From Thermoleophilaceae bacterium (GTDB lineage Bacteria > Actinomycetota > Thermoleophilia > Solirubrobacterales > Thermoleophilaceae), in the NCBI GenBank assembly GCA_013698335.1, contig JACCVG010000205.1, forward strand, positions 1-49,016: a DNA stretch of 49,016 bases. Direction: 5' to 3'. A program made the position numbers and the translations under genes. Below are positions 24,032 through 33,197 of the stretch, one piece after another; position 1 is the first letter of the stretch; each line of letters starts with the position of its first letter. Below the pieces are notes generated by a model. That model worked only from the letters and a program-made list of their open reading frames with translations. It did no database searches and was not told the origin of the DNA.

Positions 24032-24916
24032 ATGAGAAGCACCGACCGACTGCGGCAAATGGCTGTCGCACTGATCGCGCTCGCCGCGCTCGTTGCGGCG
24101 GGCTGCGGAGGAACCGCAACCGAGACCACCGACACGGCGGCGAGCGGCGGTGAGGCTCCGGCGGCGAGCCTCGATCGCATCGAGGAGAACGGCGAGATCG
24201 TGATCGGCGTCAAGTACGACGTGCCGCCCTTCGGGTTCCGCAATCCCGACACCGGAGACGTCGAAGGATTCGATGTCGAGCTCGGGCGCGCGATCGCCGA
24301 GGATCTGGGGGTCGAGCCACGTTTCGTCGAGGCAATCTCCGACAACCGCATCCCGTTCCTCCAGGACGGAACGGTCGACCTGATTCTCTCGACGATGACG
24401 ATCACGGGCGAGCGCGACCAGGAGATCGACTTCTCCGAGCCCTACTACATCGCGAACGGCAGGATCCTCGCGACGAAGGGCTCCGATATCGCCGGGCTCG
24501 ACGACCTCGCCGGCCGTCCGGTCTGCACCGTGCTCGGGTCGACCTACGCCGATACGGTCGAGGAACGGGCTCCGGACGCCGACCTGCAGCTCGTCGACAC
24601 CTACTCCGAGTGCCTCGAGCTGATCCAGAACGGGTCCGTAGAGGCGGTCGTGACCGACGACGTGATCCTCACCGGAATGATCATCCAGGACGACTCGCTC
24701 GAGCTGGTCGGCGATGATCTGACGACCGAGCCTTACGGCGCGGGTCTGCGCGATGGCGACACGGAGTTCCAGAAGCGCGTCAACGAGGCGATCGACGAGT
24801 ACAAGGAGGACGGTCGCTGGGAGGCCAGCTATGAAGAGTGGGTCGGCCAGTACACGGGGATCGAGCAGCAGCCCCCGACAATGACACTCAAGGAGGCGAT
24901 TAAACTCGCTCCGTAG
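24032..24916 (+). CDS. Amino-acid ABC transporter substrate-binding lipoprotein
   Basis: The lipobox is LVAAGCGG. The family 3 SBP pattern is present (IGVKYDVPPFGFRN...GFDVELGRAIA). GAGGAGGG Shine-Dalgarno lies upstream of ATG 24032. Confidence 0.88.
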   Translation: MRSTDRLRQMAVALIALAALVAAGCGGTATETTDTAASGGEAPAASLDRIEENGEIVIGVKYDVPPFGFRNPDTGDVEGFDVELGRAIAEDLGVEPRFVEAISDNRIPFLQDGTVDLILSTMTITGERDQEIDFSEPYYIANGRILATKGSDIAGLDDLAGRPVCTVLGSTYADTVEERAPDADLQLVDTYSECLELIQNGSVEAVVTDDVILTGMIIQDDSLELVGDDLTTEPYGAGLRDGDTEFQKRVNEAIDEYKEDGRWEASYEEWVGQYTGIEQQPPTMTLKEAIKLAP

Positions 24917-24952
24917 CGGGCGGCTGACGGCCGTCTTGACGGGAACGAAACG

Positions 24953-25615
24953 GTGAGCGGACTCTGGGGAGTGCTTCAGGAGCACTTCCCCGAGCTGCTC
25001 GCCGGGTTCCTGGTGACGATTCGCCTGGTCGCGATCGCTTTCGTGATCGCGATGGTCGTAGGCGCGGTCGTCGCGGCCCTGCGAATCTCGCCGTCGAAGT
25101 GGCTCCAGCGGATTGGCGGCGTCTACGTTGAGACGTTCCGCAACATTCCGCTGCTCGTGCTGCTGTTCATATCGTTTGCCGGGCTACGCCGGGCGGGGGT
25201 CCCGATCACGCCATGGATCGCGGGCACTGCGAGCCTCGGCCTCTACACCGCCGCCTACGTCGCCGAGGCGCTTCGATCGGGCGCGTTCGCGGTCGGTAAG
25301 GGCCAGATCGACGCCGCCCTCTCGCTCGGCTTCAGCTACGCGTCTGCGCTGCGGCGGATCGTCATCCCGCAGGCTTTCCGGTCCGTAATCCCGACGATCG
25401 GGAGCCTCGTGATCGCGATGATCCGAAACTCGGCGATCGTCGGCGTCTCGCTGCTCGCCCTCCCGGATCTCCTCAAGGAGGCTCGAATCATCCAATCGCG
25501 GACCTTCGAGACCGGTGAGGTCTTCTTCTGGGCGGCGATCGGGTATCTCGTCCTCACGCTCACGGCGACGGTCGCCTTCAGGTTGCTCGAACGTCGCTTC
25601 GAGGTACGTAGGTGA
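24953..25615 (+). CDS. Amino-acid ABC transporter permease (His/Glu/Gln/Arg/opine family)
   Basis: This is a multi-TM protein. The EAA-like loop is AYVAEALRSGAFAVGKGQIDAALSLGFS....RIVIPQA. Confidence 0.88.
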   Translation: MSGLWGVLQEHFPELLAGFLVTIRLVAIAFVIAMVVGAVVAALRISPSKWLQRIGGVYVETFRNIPLLVLLFISFAGLRRAGVPITPWIAGTASLGLYTAAYVAEALRSGAFAVGKGQIDAALSLGFSYASALRRIVIPQAFRSVIPTIGSLVIAMIRNSAIVGVSLLALPDLLKEARIIQSRTFETGEVFFWAAIGYLVLTLTATVAFRLLERRFEVRR

Positions 25616-26424
25616 GCTACCTCTTCGATCCGGCCAACTGGCAGTGGTTGATCACCGATCGCGACGTCCTCTTCATTCTCGAAGGATTCCTCGTCAACCT
25701 CGAAATCGCTGCGATCGCGATCGTGGTCTCTTTGATCTTCGGCCTGTTCCTGGCGCTCGCCCGGATCTCCACGCTGCGGCCAATGAGCCTGGTGGCCGGG
25801 CTCTGGATCGACCTCTGGCGCAATCTTCCGCTGATCTTCATGATCCTCTACTTCGCGCTCGCAATGCCCCAGGATTGGCGCGAGGCCTACGAGTCGATCG
25901 TGCCGGCCTTCTTCCCGGAGGCGTTGCGATCCGGGAGGGTGCTGGCCGCGCTCAGCGCGCTCATCCTCTACAACTCGGCCGTTCTCGCCGAGATCATGCG
26001 CTCGGGCATCTCCTCGCTGGAACGGGGCCAGGGTGAGGCCGCAGCGTCGCTCGGCCTCACCTACTCGCAATCGATGCGGTTGATCATCCTCCCCCAGGGC
26101 CTGCGCCGGATGGTTCCCGCGACTGTCTCGCAACTGATCACCCTCAACAAGGACACGACGCTCGTCAGCATCATCGCGATCCAGGAGGTCATGCGACACG
26201 GCCGGATCGTCACGAGCTCGAACTTCTTCGGCGGGGTCCAGGCCCCGGTGCTGCAGGTGTTCATCTTCATCGGCCTGCTCTTCATCGTCGTCAACCTGCT
26301 GCTCTCGCGGCTCTCGCGCCGCCTCGAGCTGCGGGAGCGCAAGCGGACCGGGACGACGCTTCGGCGCGTGTCCGGGCTGGAGGATCAGGTGGCCGCCGAG
26401 AGCGACCTCCGCTCGGGGTACTGA
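25612..26424 (+). CDS. Amino-acid ABC transporter permease, second subunit
   Basis: GTGA start/stop overlap with the upstream permease. The EAA loop is AVLAEIMRSGISSLERGQGEAAASLGLT....LIILPQG. Confidence 0.88.
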   Translation: MSYLFDPANWQWLITDRDVLFILEGFLVNLEIAAIAIVVSLIFGLFLALARISTLRPMSLVAGLWIDLWRNLPLIFMILYFALAMPQDWREAYESIVPAFFPEALRSGRVLAALSALILYNSAVLAEIMRSGISSLERGQGEAAASLGLTYSQSMRLIILPQGLRRMVPATVSQLITLNKDTTLVSIIAIQEVMRHGRIVTSSNFFGGVQAPVLQVFIFIGLLFIVVNLLLSRLSRRLELRERKRTGTTLRRVSGLEDQVAAESDLRSGY

Positions 26425-26471
26425 CGCGGCCGCAGATAGGCTCCCGTGAATGAGTGACGGGGCCAAACGAC

Positions 26472-26497
26472 GTGGCGGCGGCGAGCCGCCGCGCCAC
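26472..26497 (+). terminator. Imperfect GC hairpin between the ABC operon and the lipid-kinase gene
   Basis: GTGGCGGCGGC (26472-26482) pairs with GCCGCCGCGCCAC (26485-26497), with a 2-nt bulge. It ends 2 nt before GTG 26500. Confidence 0.25.
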
Positions 26498-26499
26498 CC

Positions 26500-27387
26500 G
26501 TGACACGCCGCTTCCTCGCCCTCGTCAATCCGAAGGCGGCGGGTGGCCGCAGTCGGGAGACGGCGCGCACCGCCGTCGAGACGCTGACGGGCGCCGGAGC
26601 GACCGTCCGTGTCGTCGAGACGACCAGTTTGGATCACGCCGCCGCGGAGGCGCGCGCGGCGGCCGGCGGCGGCGGCGGTGAGGTCTGCCTGGCGATCGGC
26701 GGGGACGGCCTCGTTGGACATCTCGCCGGTGTATTGCGCGGCGGGACCGGCGAACTGGCGATCATCCCCGGCGGCCGCGGCAACGACTTCGCGCGGGTCG
26801 TCGGCATCCCTTTCGATCCGCGCCGAGCCGCGCTGGTCGCGGCCGACGGCGAGGTTCGCGAGGTCGATGTCGCGCTCGCCAACGGGCGGCCGTTCGTCGG
26901 CATCGTGAGCCTCGGGTTCGACTCCGAGTGCAACCGGATCGCGAACGAGGTGCGGCTGATCCGCGGCAACCTGGTCTACGTCTACGCGGCGCTGCGCGCG
27001 CTCGCCGGCTGGCGTCACGCACGTTTCGACGTGACCGTCGACGGCGCAGCGGAGTCAATCGAGGGGTTCTCGGTGGCGGTCGCGAACTCGAAGGCCTTCG
27101 GGGGCGGGATGTACCTGGCGCCGCACGCCGAGCTCGACGACGGTCGGCTCGAGGTCGTGATGATCTCGAGCCAGTCGAAGTGGGCCTACCTGCGCGGCCT
27201 GCCGAAGGTCTTCAAGGGCTCGCACATCGATGAGCCCGCGGTCCACCTGCGTGCGGGTGCGGTGATCGACATCGACGCGGATCGGCCCTTCACGGCTTAT
27301 GCCGACGGAGATCCGATCGCATCGACTCCCCTGACGATCACCGTCGAACCGCGATCGCTGCGCCTGATCGCGCCGGCGGCGGCGTGA
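26500..27387 (+). CDS. Diacylglycerol-kinase-family lipid kinase (YegS/DagK-like)
   Basis: The DAGK catalytic-domain motifs are present: LVNPKAAGG, IGGDGLVGH and PGGRGNDFAR. The stop overlaps the murT start (GTGA). Confidence 0.82.
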   Translation: MTRRFLALVNPKAAGGRSRETARTAVETLTGAGATVRVVETTSLDHAAAEARAAAGGGGGEVCLAIGGDGLVGHLAGVLRGGTGELAIIPGGRGNDFARVVGIPFDPRRAALVAADGEVREVDVALANGRPFVGIVSLGFDSECNRIANEVRLIRGNLVYVYAALRALAGWRHARFDVTVDGAAESIEGFSVAVANSKAFGGGMYLAPHAELDDGRLEVVMISSQSKWAYLRGLPKVFKGSHIDEPAVHLRAGAVIDIDADRPFTAYADGDPIASTPLTITVEPRSLRLIAPAAA

Positions 27388-28742
27388 TCTTTCGGATCGA
27401 AGTCGCACTCGCGCGCCTGGCGCGCCGGTTCGCGCGGCTGCTCGGCCGCTCCGGGGGGACGACGTTGCCGGGCCGCGCATTGCTCTCGCTCCAGCCGAGG
27501 GCGATCGAGAAGCTCGCCGCACGTCTCGGTGGCGGGGTGACGCTCGTCTCTGCCACCAACGGCAAGACCACCACGACAACGATGCTTGCCGCGGCCTTTG
27601 GACGCGCCGGATCGCCCCCGGTCACCAACGGAGCCGGATCCAACATGCACTGGGGCGTCGCAACGGCCCTGCTCGGCGCGGAGCGCGACACCGGCGCGCG
27701 CGGCGTGTTCGAAGTCGACGAGGCGTGGCTCGTGCCGGTCGCAGAGCAGACGCGCCCCGATCAGATCGTGCTCGGCAACCTGTTCCGCGACCAGCTCGAT
27801 CGCTACGGGGAGCTCGAGTACCTGGCCGATTCCTGGGCTGAGCTGACCCGCCGCCACGGCGCGGGGACCCAGCTGGTACTGAACGCTGACGACCCGCTGG
27901 TGGCCGACCTCGGCCGTGACCGGGAGAACGTCGTCTATTTCGGGGTCGAGGACCCGGGCCAGCGTCGGCCGGGCCTCGCGCACGCCGCCGATTCCAAACG
28001 TTGCCGCAACTGCGGCGCCAACTACGTCTACGACGCCGTATACCTTGGCCACCTCGGCGACTACCACTGCACCTCCTGCGGTCGCCGCCGCCCGACGGCC
28101 GACGTCGCCGCGAACGTGGTGCGGCTGGATGGGATGCGGGGGTCGGAGGTCGAGGTCACCACCCCCGCCGGCAAAGTGGCGCTGTCGTTGTCGCTGCCCG
28201 GCCTCTACAACGTCTACAACGCGCTTGCGGCGCTTGCCGCCGCCGTAGCGTCGGGGATCGATCCGGCACGGGTCGCCGACGCCCTGCGGGAGATGCCCGC
28301 CGCGTTCGGCAGGGTTGAGCGGATTCCGATCGCGAGGCGCGAGCTCGCCGTGCTCTTGATCAAGAACCCAGTCGGTGCCGACGAGGTGCTGCGCACGCTG
28401 TCGCTCGAGGACGGACGGCTCGACCTGTGGATCGCCCTCAACGACGGAATCGCCGACGGTCGCGACATCTCGTGGATCTGGGATGCGGAGTTCGAGCTGC
28501 TCGCCGGGCGAGTCCGCTCGGTGACCTGTTCGGGACGGCGGGCCGCGGAGCTCGCGCTGCGGCTGAAGTACGCGGGAATCGGTGTCGAGACGACCGTCGA
28601 ACCCGACATCGAACGGTCGCTCGACGCGGCTCTCGCCCAGGCTGACGCCGGGACCCTGTACGCGCTGCCGACTTACACGGCGCTGCTCGAGCTGCGAAGC
28701 CTGCTCGCGCGTCGCGGCGCCGCTCCGAGGTGGTCGGCCTGA
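27384..28742 (+). CDS. murT: Lipid II isoglutaminyl synthase, Mur-ligase-like subunit MurT
   Basis: The Mur ligase P-loop is VSATNGKTTTT. The MurT-specific Cys4 ribbon is CRNCG...CTSCG. A C-terminal DUF1727-like segment is present (WIALNDGIADGRDISWIWDAEFE). Confidence 0.88.
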   Translation: MIFRIEVALARLARRFARLLGRSGGTTLPGRALLSLQPRAIEKLAARLGGGVTLVSATNGKTTTTTMLAAAFGRAGSPPVTNGAGSNMHWGVATALLGAERDTGARGVFEVDEAWLVPVAEQTRPDQIVLGNLFRDQLDRYGELEYLADSWAELTRRHGAGTQLVLNADDPLVADLGRDRENVVYFGVEDPGQRRPGLAHAADSKRCRNCGANYVYDAVYLGHLGDYHCTSCGRRRPTADVAANVVRLDGMRGSEVEVTTPAGKVALSLSLPGLYNVYNALAALAAAVASGIDPARVADALREMPAAFGRVERIPIARRELAVLLIKNPVGADEVLRTLSLEDGRLDLWIALNDGIADGRDISWIWDAEFELLAGRVRSVTCSGRRAAELALRLKYAGIGVETTVEPDIERSLDAALAQADAGTLYALPTYTALLELRSLLARRGAAPRWSA

Positions 28743-29500
28743 ACTCAGCCGCCCTGAACGTGGCCGCCGCCTGGCACGACGCCGAGTGTGGGTCCTACCG
28801 TGGCGACCTACCGCTGTGGCTCGAGCTGGCTGATCGATTCGGCTCAGACGGCGCACTGGATCTCGGTTGCGGTACCGGCCGTGTTGCTCTGGCACTCGCG
28901 ACAGAGGGCCATTCGGTGACGGCGCTCGACAGTGATGGCGACCTGATCGCCGCCCTCGCCAAACGTGCGGAGTCGGCAGGGGTCCACGTCGAGGGAATCG
29001 TCGCCGACGCCCGTGACTTCTCGCTCGACCGCCGGTTCGGGCTGGTGCTCGCTCCGATGCAGGTCGCCCAGCTGCTCGGCGGGAGCGCCGGCCGCGCTCG
29101 GATGATCGAGTCGATCGCCGCGCACCTCGTGCCCGGCGGCCTGGCGGCGATCGCCTTGGCCGGACCAGTCGACGACGCAGGCGAATGTGTGTCGATCGCA
29201 CTAGGCGGCGCGCACCTCGTCCCCGACGTGCTCGAGTGTGGCGGCGTCAGATTCGTCAGCACGCCGGTCGCGATGCGGGACACGGCTCCGGGGCTCTGGA
29301 TCGAGCGCCGCCGCGAGCTTCAGCGCGACGGCGCCAAGACAACGGTCGAGTTGACCTCGCTCCTGCTCGAGCGCTGTCCGCCGAGCGAGCTGGAGGAGGC
29401 AGGCCAGCGGGTCGGGCTCGAGCCGGGAGACCGGCTGATGATCCCCGAGACCGACGACCACGTTGGAAGCATTGCCGTGGTGCTCGGGAAGCCCTCATGA
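28730..29500 (+). CDS. Class I SAM-dependent methyltransferase
   Basis: SAM-binding motif I is LDLGCGTGRVALALA. The post-I acidic residue is in VTALDSD. It overlaps the murT stop by 13 nt, and its stop overlaps the gatD ATG (ATGA). Confidence 0.75.
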   Translation: MVGLNSAALNVAAAWHDAECGSYRGDLPLWLELADRFGSDGALDLGCGTGRVALALATEGHSVTALDSDGDLIAALAKRAESAGVHVEGIVADARDFSLDRRFGLVLAPMQVAQLLGGSAGRARMIESIAAHLVPGGLAAIALAGPVDDAGECVSIALGGAHLVPDVLECGGVRFVSTPVAMRDTAPGLWIERRRELQRDGAKTTVELTSLLLERCPPSELEEAGQRVGLEPGDRLMIPETDDHVGSIAVVLGKPS

Positions 29501-30219
29501 GCCCCGTGCTGCGCGTCTGCGGCCTTTATCCGGACCTGATGAACATCTATGCCGATCGCGGGAACCTAATACTCCTGCAGCGTCGCTGTGAATGGCGCGG
29601 GATCGGTTTTGAGTTCTCGAGGTGCGGGCTGGGTGACCGGCTCGACCCCTCGGCCGCCGATCTCCTCTATATCGGCGGCGGCCAGGATCGCGACCAGGCG
29701 CTCGTCGCGGAAGACCTCGTGGCCAACAAGCGCGGCGCGGTTCACGAGGCTGCCGGTTCCGGGGTCGTCCTGTTGGCCGTTTGTGGTGGGTATCAACTGC
29801 TGGGTGAGAGCTACGCGCTCGGCGAGCGAACGCTGCCCGGCGTCGGCCTGGTCGATCTGCGAACCGTTCGTGGAACTGGGCCGCGGCTGATCGGGAACTG
29901 CGTGATCGAAGCCGATCTCGGCGGCGGTCCGCGCCAGATCGCCGGCTTCGAGAACCACGGTGGCCGCACCCACCTGGGACCCGGCGCGACGGCGCTCGGC
30001 CGTGTCATCAAGGGACATGGCAACAACGGCGAGGACCGGCTCGAAGGCGTCTGCAAGGGAAACGTGTTCGGAACCTACCTCCACGGCCCGCTGCTCCCGA
30101 AGAACGCGTGGCTCGCCGACGTCCTGATCGAACTCGCGCTCGACGTCGAGCTCGACCCGCTAGATGACACGCTCGAGCAGCTCGCCCACCAGACCGCCCT
30201 ACGGGCCGCCGGCGTCTAG
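29497..30219 (+). CDS. gatD: Lipid II isoglutaminyl synthase, glutaminase subunit GatD (CobB/CobQ-type GATase)
   Basis: MSPVLRVCGLYPDLMNIYADRGN matches the GatD N-terminus. The nucleophile Cys is in AVCGGYQLLG. The C-terminal GTYLHGPLLPKN is present. ATG was verified at 29497. Confidence 0.88.
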   Translation: MSPVLRVCGLYPDLMNIYADRGNLILLQRRCEWRGIGFEFSRCGLGDRLDPSAADLLYIGGGQDRDQALVAEDLVANKRGAVHEAAGSGVVLLAVCGGYQLLGESYALGERTLPGVGLVDLRTVRGTGPRLIGNCVIEADLGGGPRQIAGFENHGGRTHLGPGATALGRVIKGHGNNGEDRLEGVCKGNVFGTYLHGPLLPKNAWLADVLIELALDVELDPLDDTLEQLAHQTALRAAGV

Positions 30220-30280
30220 CGCGGGACTCGCCACACAGGGCCGAAGGTCGCGTGCGCACGAACCCGGTGGGCTTAGCGTG

Positions 30281-30712
30281 TCAGCGGCCGCTCGAGCCGA
30301 AGCCGCCGCCGGAGCGATCGGTCTCCTCCAGCGTCGCGACCTCGAAGGCGTCGATCGGCTCGTGCGCGACGATCAGCAGCTGGGCGATCCGGTCCCCCGC
30401 AGAGACCACGAAGGCAGTTGCGGGGTCGTGGTTGATCAGCAGCACGCGCAGCTCACCGCGGTAGCCCGCGTCGATCAGGCCGGGTGAGTTTACGAGCCCG
30501 ATCCCGTGGTCGCGCGAGAGCCCGGAGCGGGGCAGCACGAGGCCGGCGTGACCGGCCGGGATCGCCACCGCGATCCCGGTGCCGACCGACGCCCGCTCCC
30601 CGGGACCGATCGTGACGGCCTCGATCGCTCGTAGGTCCCACCCCGCGTCTCCGACGTGGGCCTGGCTCGGCGCGGCCGCAGCGTCGTCTAGGCGCCGGAA
30701 CTCGAGCCGCAT
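30281..30712 (-). CDS. dut: dUTP diphosphatase
   Basis: GDAGWDL, PRSGLS, GLIDAGYRGEL and the C-terminal RSGGGFGSSGR are present. Confidence 0.92.
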   Translation of the reverse strand: MRLEFRRLDDAAAAPSQAHVGDAGWDLRAIEAVTIGPGERASVGTGIAVAIPAGHAGLVLPRSGLSRDHGIGLVNSPGLIDAGYRGELRVLLINHDPATAFVVSAGDRIAQLLIVAHEPIDAFEVATLEETDRSGGGFGSSGR

Positions 30713-30723
30713 CGAGATCAGGG

Positions 30724-32007
30724 TTACCCGGCGCCGTCGACGGCGAAACGGCCGAACCGGCGCGCTGCGCCGTGCGGGAGATGGGCCCGCACGCGAACCC
30801 CCTCGGAGGTGTCTGTTCGCTCCAGCTCTCCGGCCAGCTCGTGCAGCTCTGAGAGCTTCCCGCCCTCAGCGTAAGGGAGGAGGAGGTCGACCTCCTCCAG
30901 TGTCGCAACGAAATCCTGTTCGACCCGCTCCGCCAGGTCGTCGAGTCCCTCGCCGGTTGCGGCCGACAACTGGACCGCCCCGGGGTGGCGGAAGGACAGC
31001 TCGCGCCGTCGGTCCTCGGAGGCCAGATCGATCTTATTGAGCACCAGCACGCGCGGGCGGTCGCCGGCGCCGATCTCAGCGAGCACATCGTCGACGGCGC
31101 TCAGCATCGCCGTGAGCTCATCCTCCTCGGTCGAGGCGTCGGCGACGTGCACGAGCAGATCGGCGCCGAGCGCCTCCTCGAGGGTGGCGGCGAACGCGTC
31201 GACGAGCTGATGCGGCAGCTTGCGGATGAACCCGACCGTGTCGGTCAGCAGGAAGGCGCGCCCGGAGATCTCGAACGAGCGGGTCGTCGGGTCCAGCGTA
31301 TGGAACAGCCGGTTGTCGGTCGGGATCTCGGATCCGGTCAGCGCGTTCAGCAGAGTCGACTTGCCGGCGTTGGTGTATCCGGCCAGCGCGACCGTCGGCA
31401 GGGCCGCCCGCTCGCGCTCGCGGCGCATGATCGCGCGCGTGCCCGCGGTGTCGGCCAGCTTGCCTCGCAGCGCAGCGATCCGGTCGCGTGCAAGCCGCCG
31501 GTCGGTCTCGATCTGGGTCTCGCCAGGGCCCCTGGTGCCGATCCCGCCGTCCATTCGGCCAGCGCCGAGCCGCTCGAGGTGGGTCCAGAGCCCGCGCATC
31601 CGCGCAAGGTTGTACTCGAGCTGGGCGAGCTCGACCTGGAGCTTGCCCTCGGCCGAGTTCGCGTGGTCGGCGAATATGTCGAGGATGATCGCCGTCCGGT
31701 CGATCACGGGCACCCCGATCTCCTCCTCGATGTTCCGCTCCTGGCGGGGGAGCAGCTCGTCGTCGCAGGCGATCAGGTTGGCATCGCACTCCTTGACCGC
31801 GCGCTTGAGCTCAGCGAGCTTGCCTTTCCCGAAGTAGCGGTCCGGGTCGGGGGTGGCACGGCGCTGAGTGAGCTCACCGGTGACCCCCACCCCAGCCGTT
31901 CGCAGGAGTTCGCGCAGCTCCGCCAGATCGGGATCCTCCGGAGCCGCAGCGATGCACAGCGCGCGCTGACGGGCGCGCGGGGCCTTCCCGTTGTCCGAGG
32001 GTCGCAT
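30724..32007 (-). CDS. hflX: GTPase HflX
   Basis: The HflX N-domain is present (ELRELLRTAGV...LIACDDELLPRQERNIE). G1 is GYTNAGKSTLLNALTG. G3 is DTVGF. G4 is NKID. GGAGG Shine-Dalgarno lies upstream. Confidence 0.92.
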   Translation of the reverse strand: MRPSDNGKAPRARQRALCIAAAPEDPDLAELRELLRTAGVGVTGELTQRRATPDPDRYFGKGKLAELKRAVKECDANLIACDDELLPRQERNIEEEIGVPVIDRTAIILDIFADHANSAEGKLQVELAQLEYNLARMRGLWTHLERLGAGRMDGGIGTRGPGETQIETDRRLARDRIAALRGKLADTAGTRAIMRRERERAALPTVALAGYTNAGKSTLLNALTGSEIPTDNRLFHTLDPTTRSFEISGRAFLLTDTVGFIRKLPHQLVDAFAATLEEALGADLLVHVADASTEEDELTAMLSAVDDVLAEIGAGDRPRVLVLNKIDLASEDRRRELSFRHPGAVQLSAATGEGLDDLAERVEQDFVATLEEVDLLLPYAEGGKLSELHELAGELERTDTSEGVRVRAHLPHGAARRFGRFAVDGAG

Positions 32008-32033
32008 GCCTCCAGTCTAGATCGGGCGGGCCG

Positions 32034-33197
32034 TCAGCCCCCGAGGCTCGAGCGCATCCGCTCGAGGGCCTCGCGCAACCGATCGTCGGCGACCGTCAGC
32101 GAGATCCTGAAGAAGCCTTCGCCGTTGGGTCCGTAGGCGCTGCCCGGCGAGATCACGACGCCGGACTCCTCGAGGACGAGTTCGCAGTAGGAAGCGGAGC
32201 TGTGACCCTCAGGGACGGGCGCCCAGACGTAGATCGTCCCCTTCGGCGAGGTCACGTCGACCCCGATCTCGGCTAGGACCCCGCAGACCAGGTCGCGGCG
32301 GCGTTCGTAGAGGACGCGCATCTGGGCTAGTGCTCGATCGCCGTCGGCGAGGGCCGCCACGGCGGCCAGTTGGACGGCATCGAACATGCCCGAGTCAATG
32401 TTCGTCTTGAGCCGCCAGTAGGCGGAAACGGCCTCGGCGTTGCCGACGATCGCGGCGGTTCGCCAGCCGGTCATGTTGTACCCCTTGGAGAGCGAGAAGA
32501 CCTCGACACCGACCTCCTTGGCACCCGGCGTCTCGAGGAAGCTCGGCGCGACGTAACCGTCGAAGGTCGTCTCCGTGTAGGAGGCGTCGTGGACGATCAG
32601 CACGTCGTGACGGCGGCCGAACTCGACGCCGCGCTCGAACAGGCCTTCGGGGGCGATCGCCCCGGTCGGGTTGTTCGGGTAGTTGAGGAACATCAGCTTC
32701 GCTCGCTCCCGGTCGCCCGCTGCGATCGCGTCGAGGTCGGGAGCAAACCCGCGCTCCGGTAGCAGCGGCATCAGCGAGGGCTCGCCCCCGGCGATCAGCG
32801 GACCGCCGGTGTAGACCGGGTAGCCCGGATCGGAAGCGAGCGCAAGATCACCGGGATCGAGGAAGGCGAGGTTGAGGTTGAAGATGCACTCCTTCGCCCC
32901 CAGCGCAGGAAGGATCTCCGTGTCGGGGTCGAGGGTGACTCCGAAACGGCGGTCGTAGAACGTCGCGATGGCATCGCGAAACTCGGATCGGCCGCGATTC
33001 GACGGGTACTGGTGGGTGTCGGGACGCTCGGCCGCGGCTCGCAGCGCCGCGACGACGGGCGGCGGCGTCGGGGTGTCCGGATCGCCGATCCCGAGGCTGA
33101 TGACGTCCACGCCGGCGGCCTTCTTCTCCGCGATCTTGCGCTCGAGCTCGGCGAAGAGGTAGGGCGGTATGCGGTCGAGCCGCTGGCTAGGCTTCAT
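32034..33197 (-). CDS. dapL: LL-diaminopimelate aminotransferase-type class I aminotransferase
   Basis: RIPPYLFAELERKI, SLGIGDPDTPTP and NYPNNPTG are present. The PLP lysine is in SLSKGYNMTGWR. Its ATG (33197) overlaps the dapF stop (ATGA). The 931-aa ORF in the track is a read-through artefact. Confidence 0.72.
   Translation of the reverse strand: MKPSQRLDRIPPYLFAELERKIAEKKAAGVDVISLGIGDPDTPTPPPVVAALRAAAERPDTHQYPSNRGRSEFRDAIATFYDRRFGVTLDPDTEILPALGAKECIFNLNLAFLDPGDLALASDPGYPVYTGGPLIAGGEPSLMPLLPERGFAPDLDAIAAGDRERAKLMFLNYPNNPTGAIAPEGLFERGVEFGRRHDVLIVHDASYTETTFDGYVAPSFLETPGAKEVGVEVFSLSKGYNMTGWRTAAIVGNAEAVSAYWRLKTNIDSGMFDAVQLAAVAALADGDRALAQMRVLYERRRDLVCGVLAEIGVDVTSPKGTIYVWAPVPEGHSSASYCELVLEESGVVISPGSAYGPNGEGFFRISLTVADDRLREALERMRSSLGG

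Noticed and set aside
26664-26678. A short (GGC)n tract.
   Set aside because: It lies inside the lipid-kinase coding sequence and encodes AAGGGGGE. It is an ordinary low-complexity stretch in a GC-rich genome, not an intergenic repeat or contingency locus.
23173-29201. Three long minus-strand ORFs: 23173-24405 (410 aa), 25336-27018 (560 aa) and 27297-29201 (634 aa).
   Set aside because: All are antisense to plus-strand genes with unambiguous motifs (ABC ATPase Walker/signature motifs, permease EAA loops, DAGK GGDG, MurT P-loop). Their translations are low-complexity Arg/Pro/Gly/Asp. They are treated as GC-driven shadow ORFs. The same applies to 45993-47219, 38411-39595, 30985-32136 and 43534-44256.
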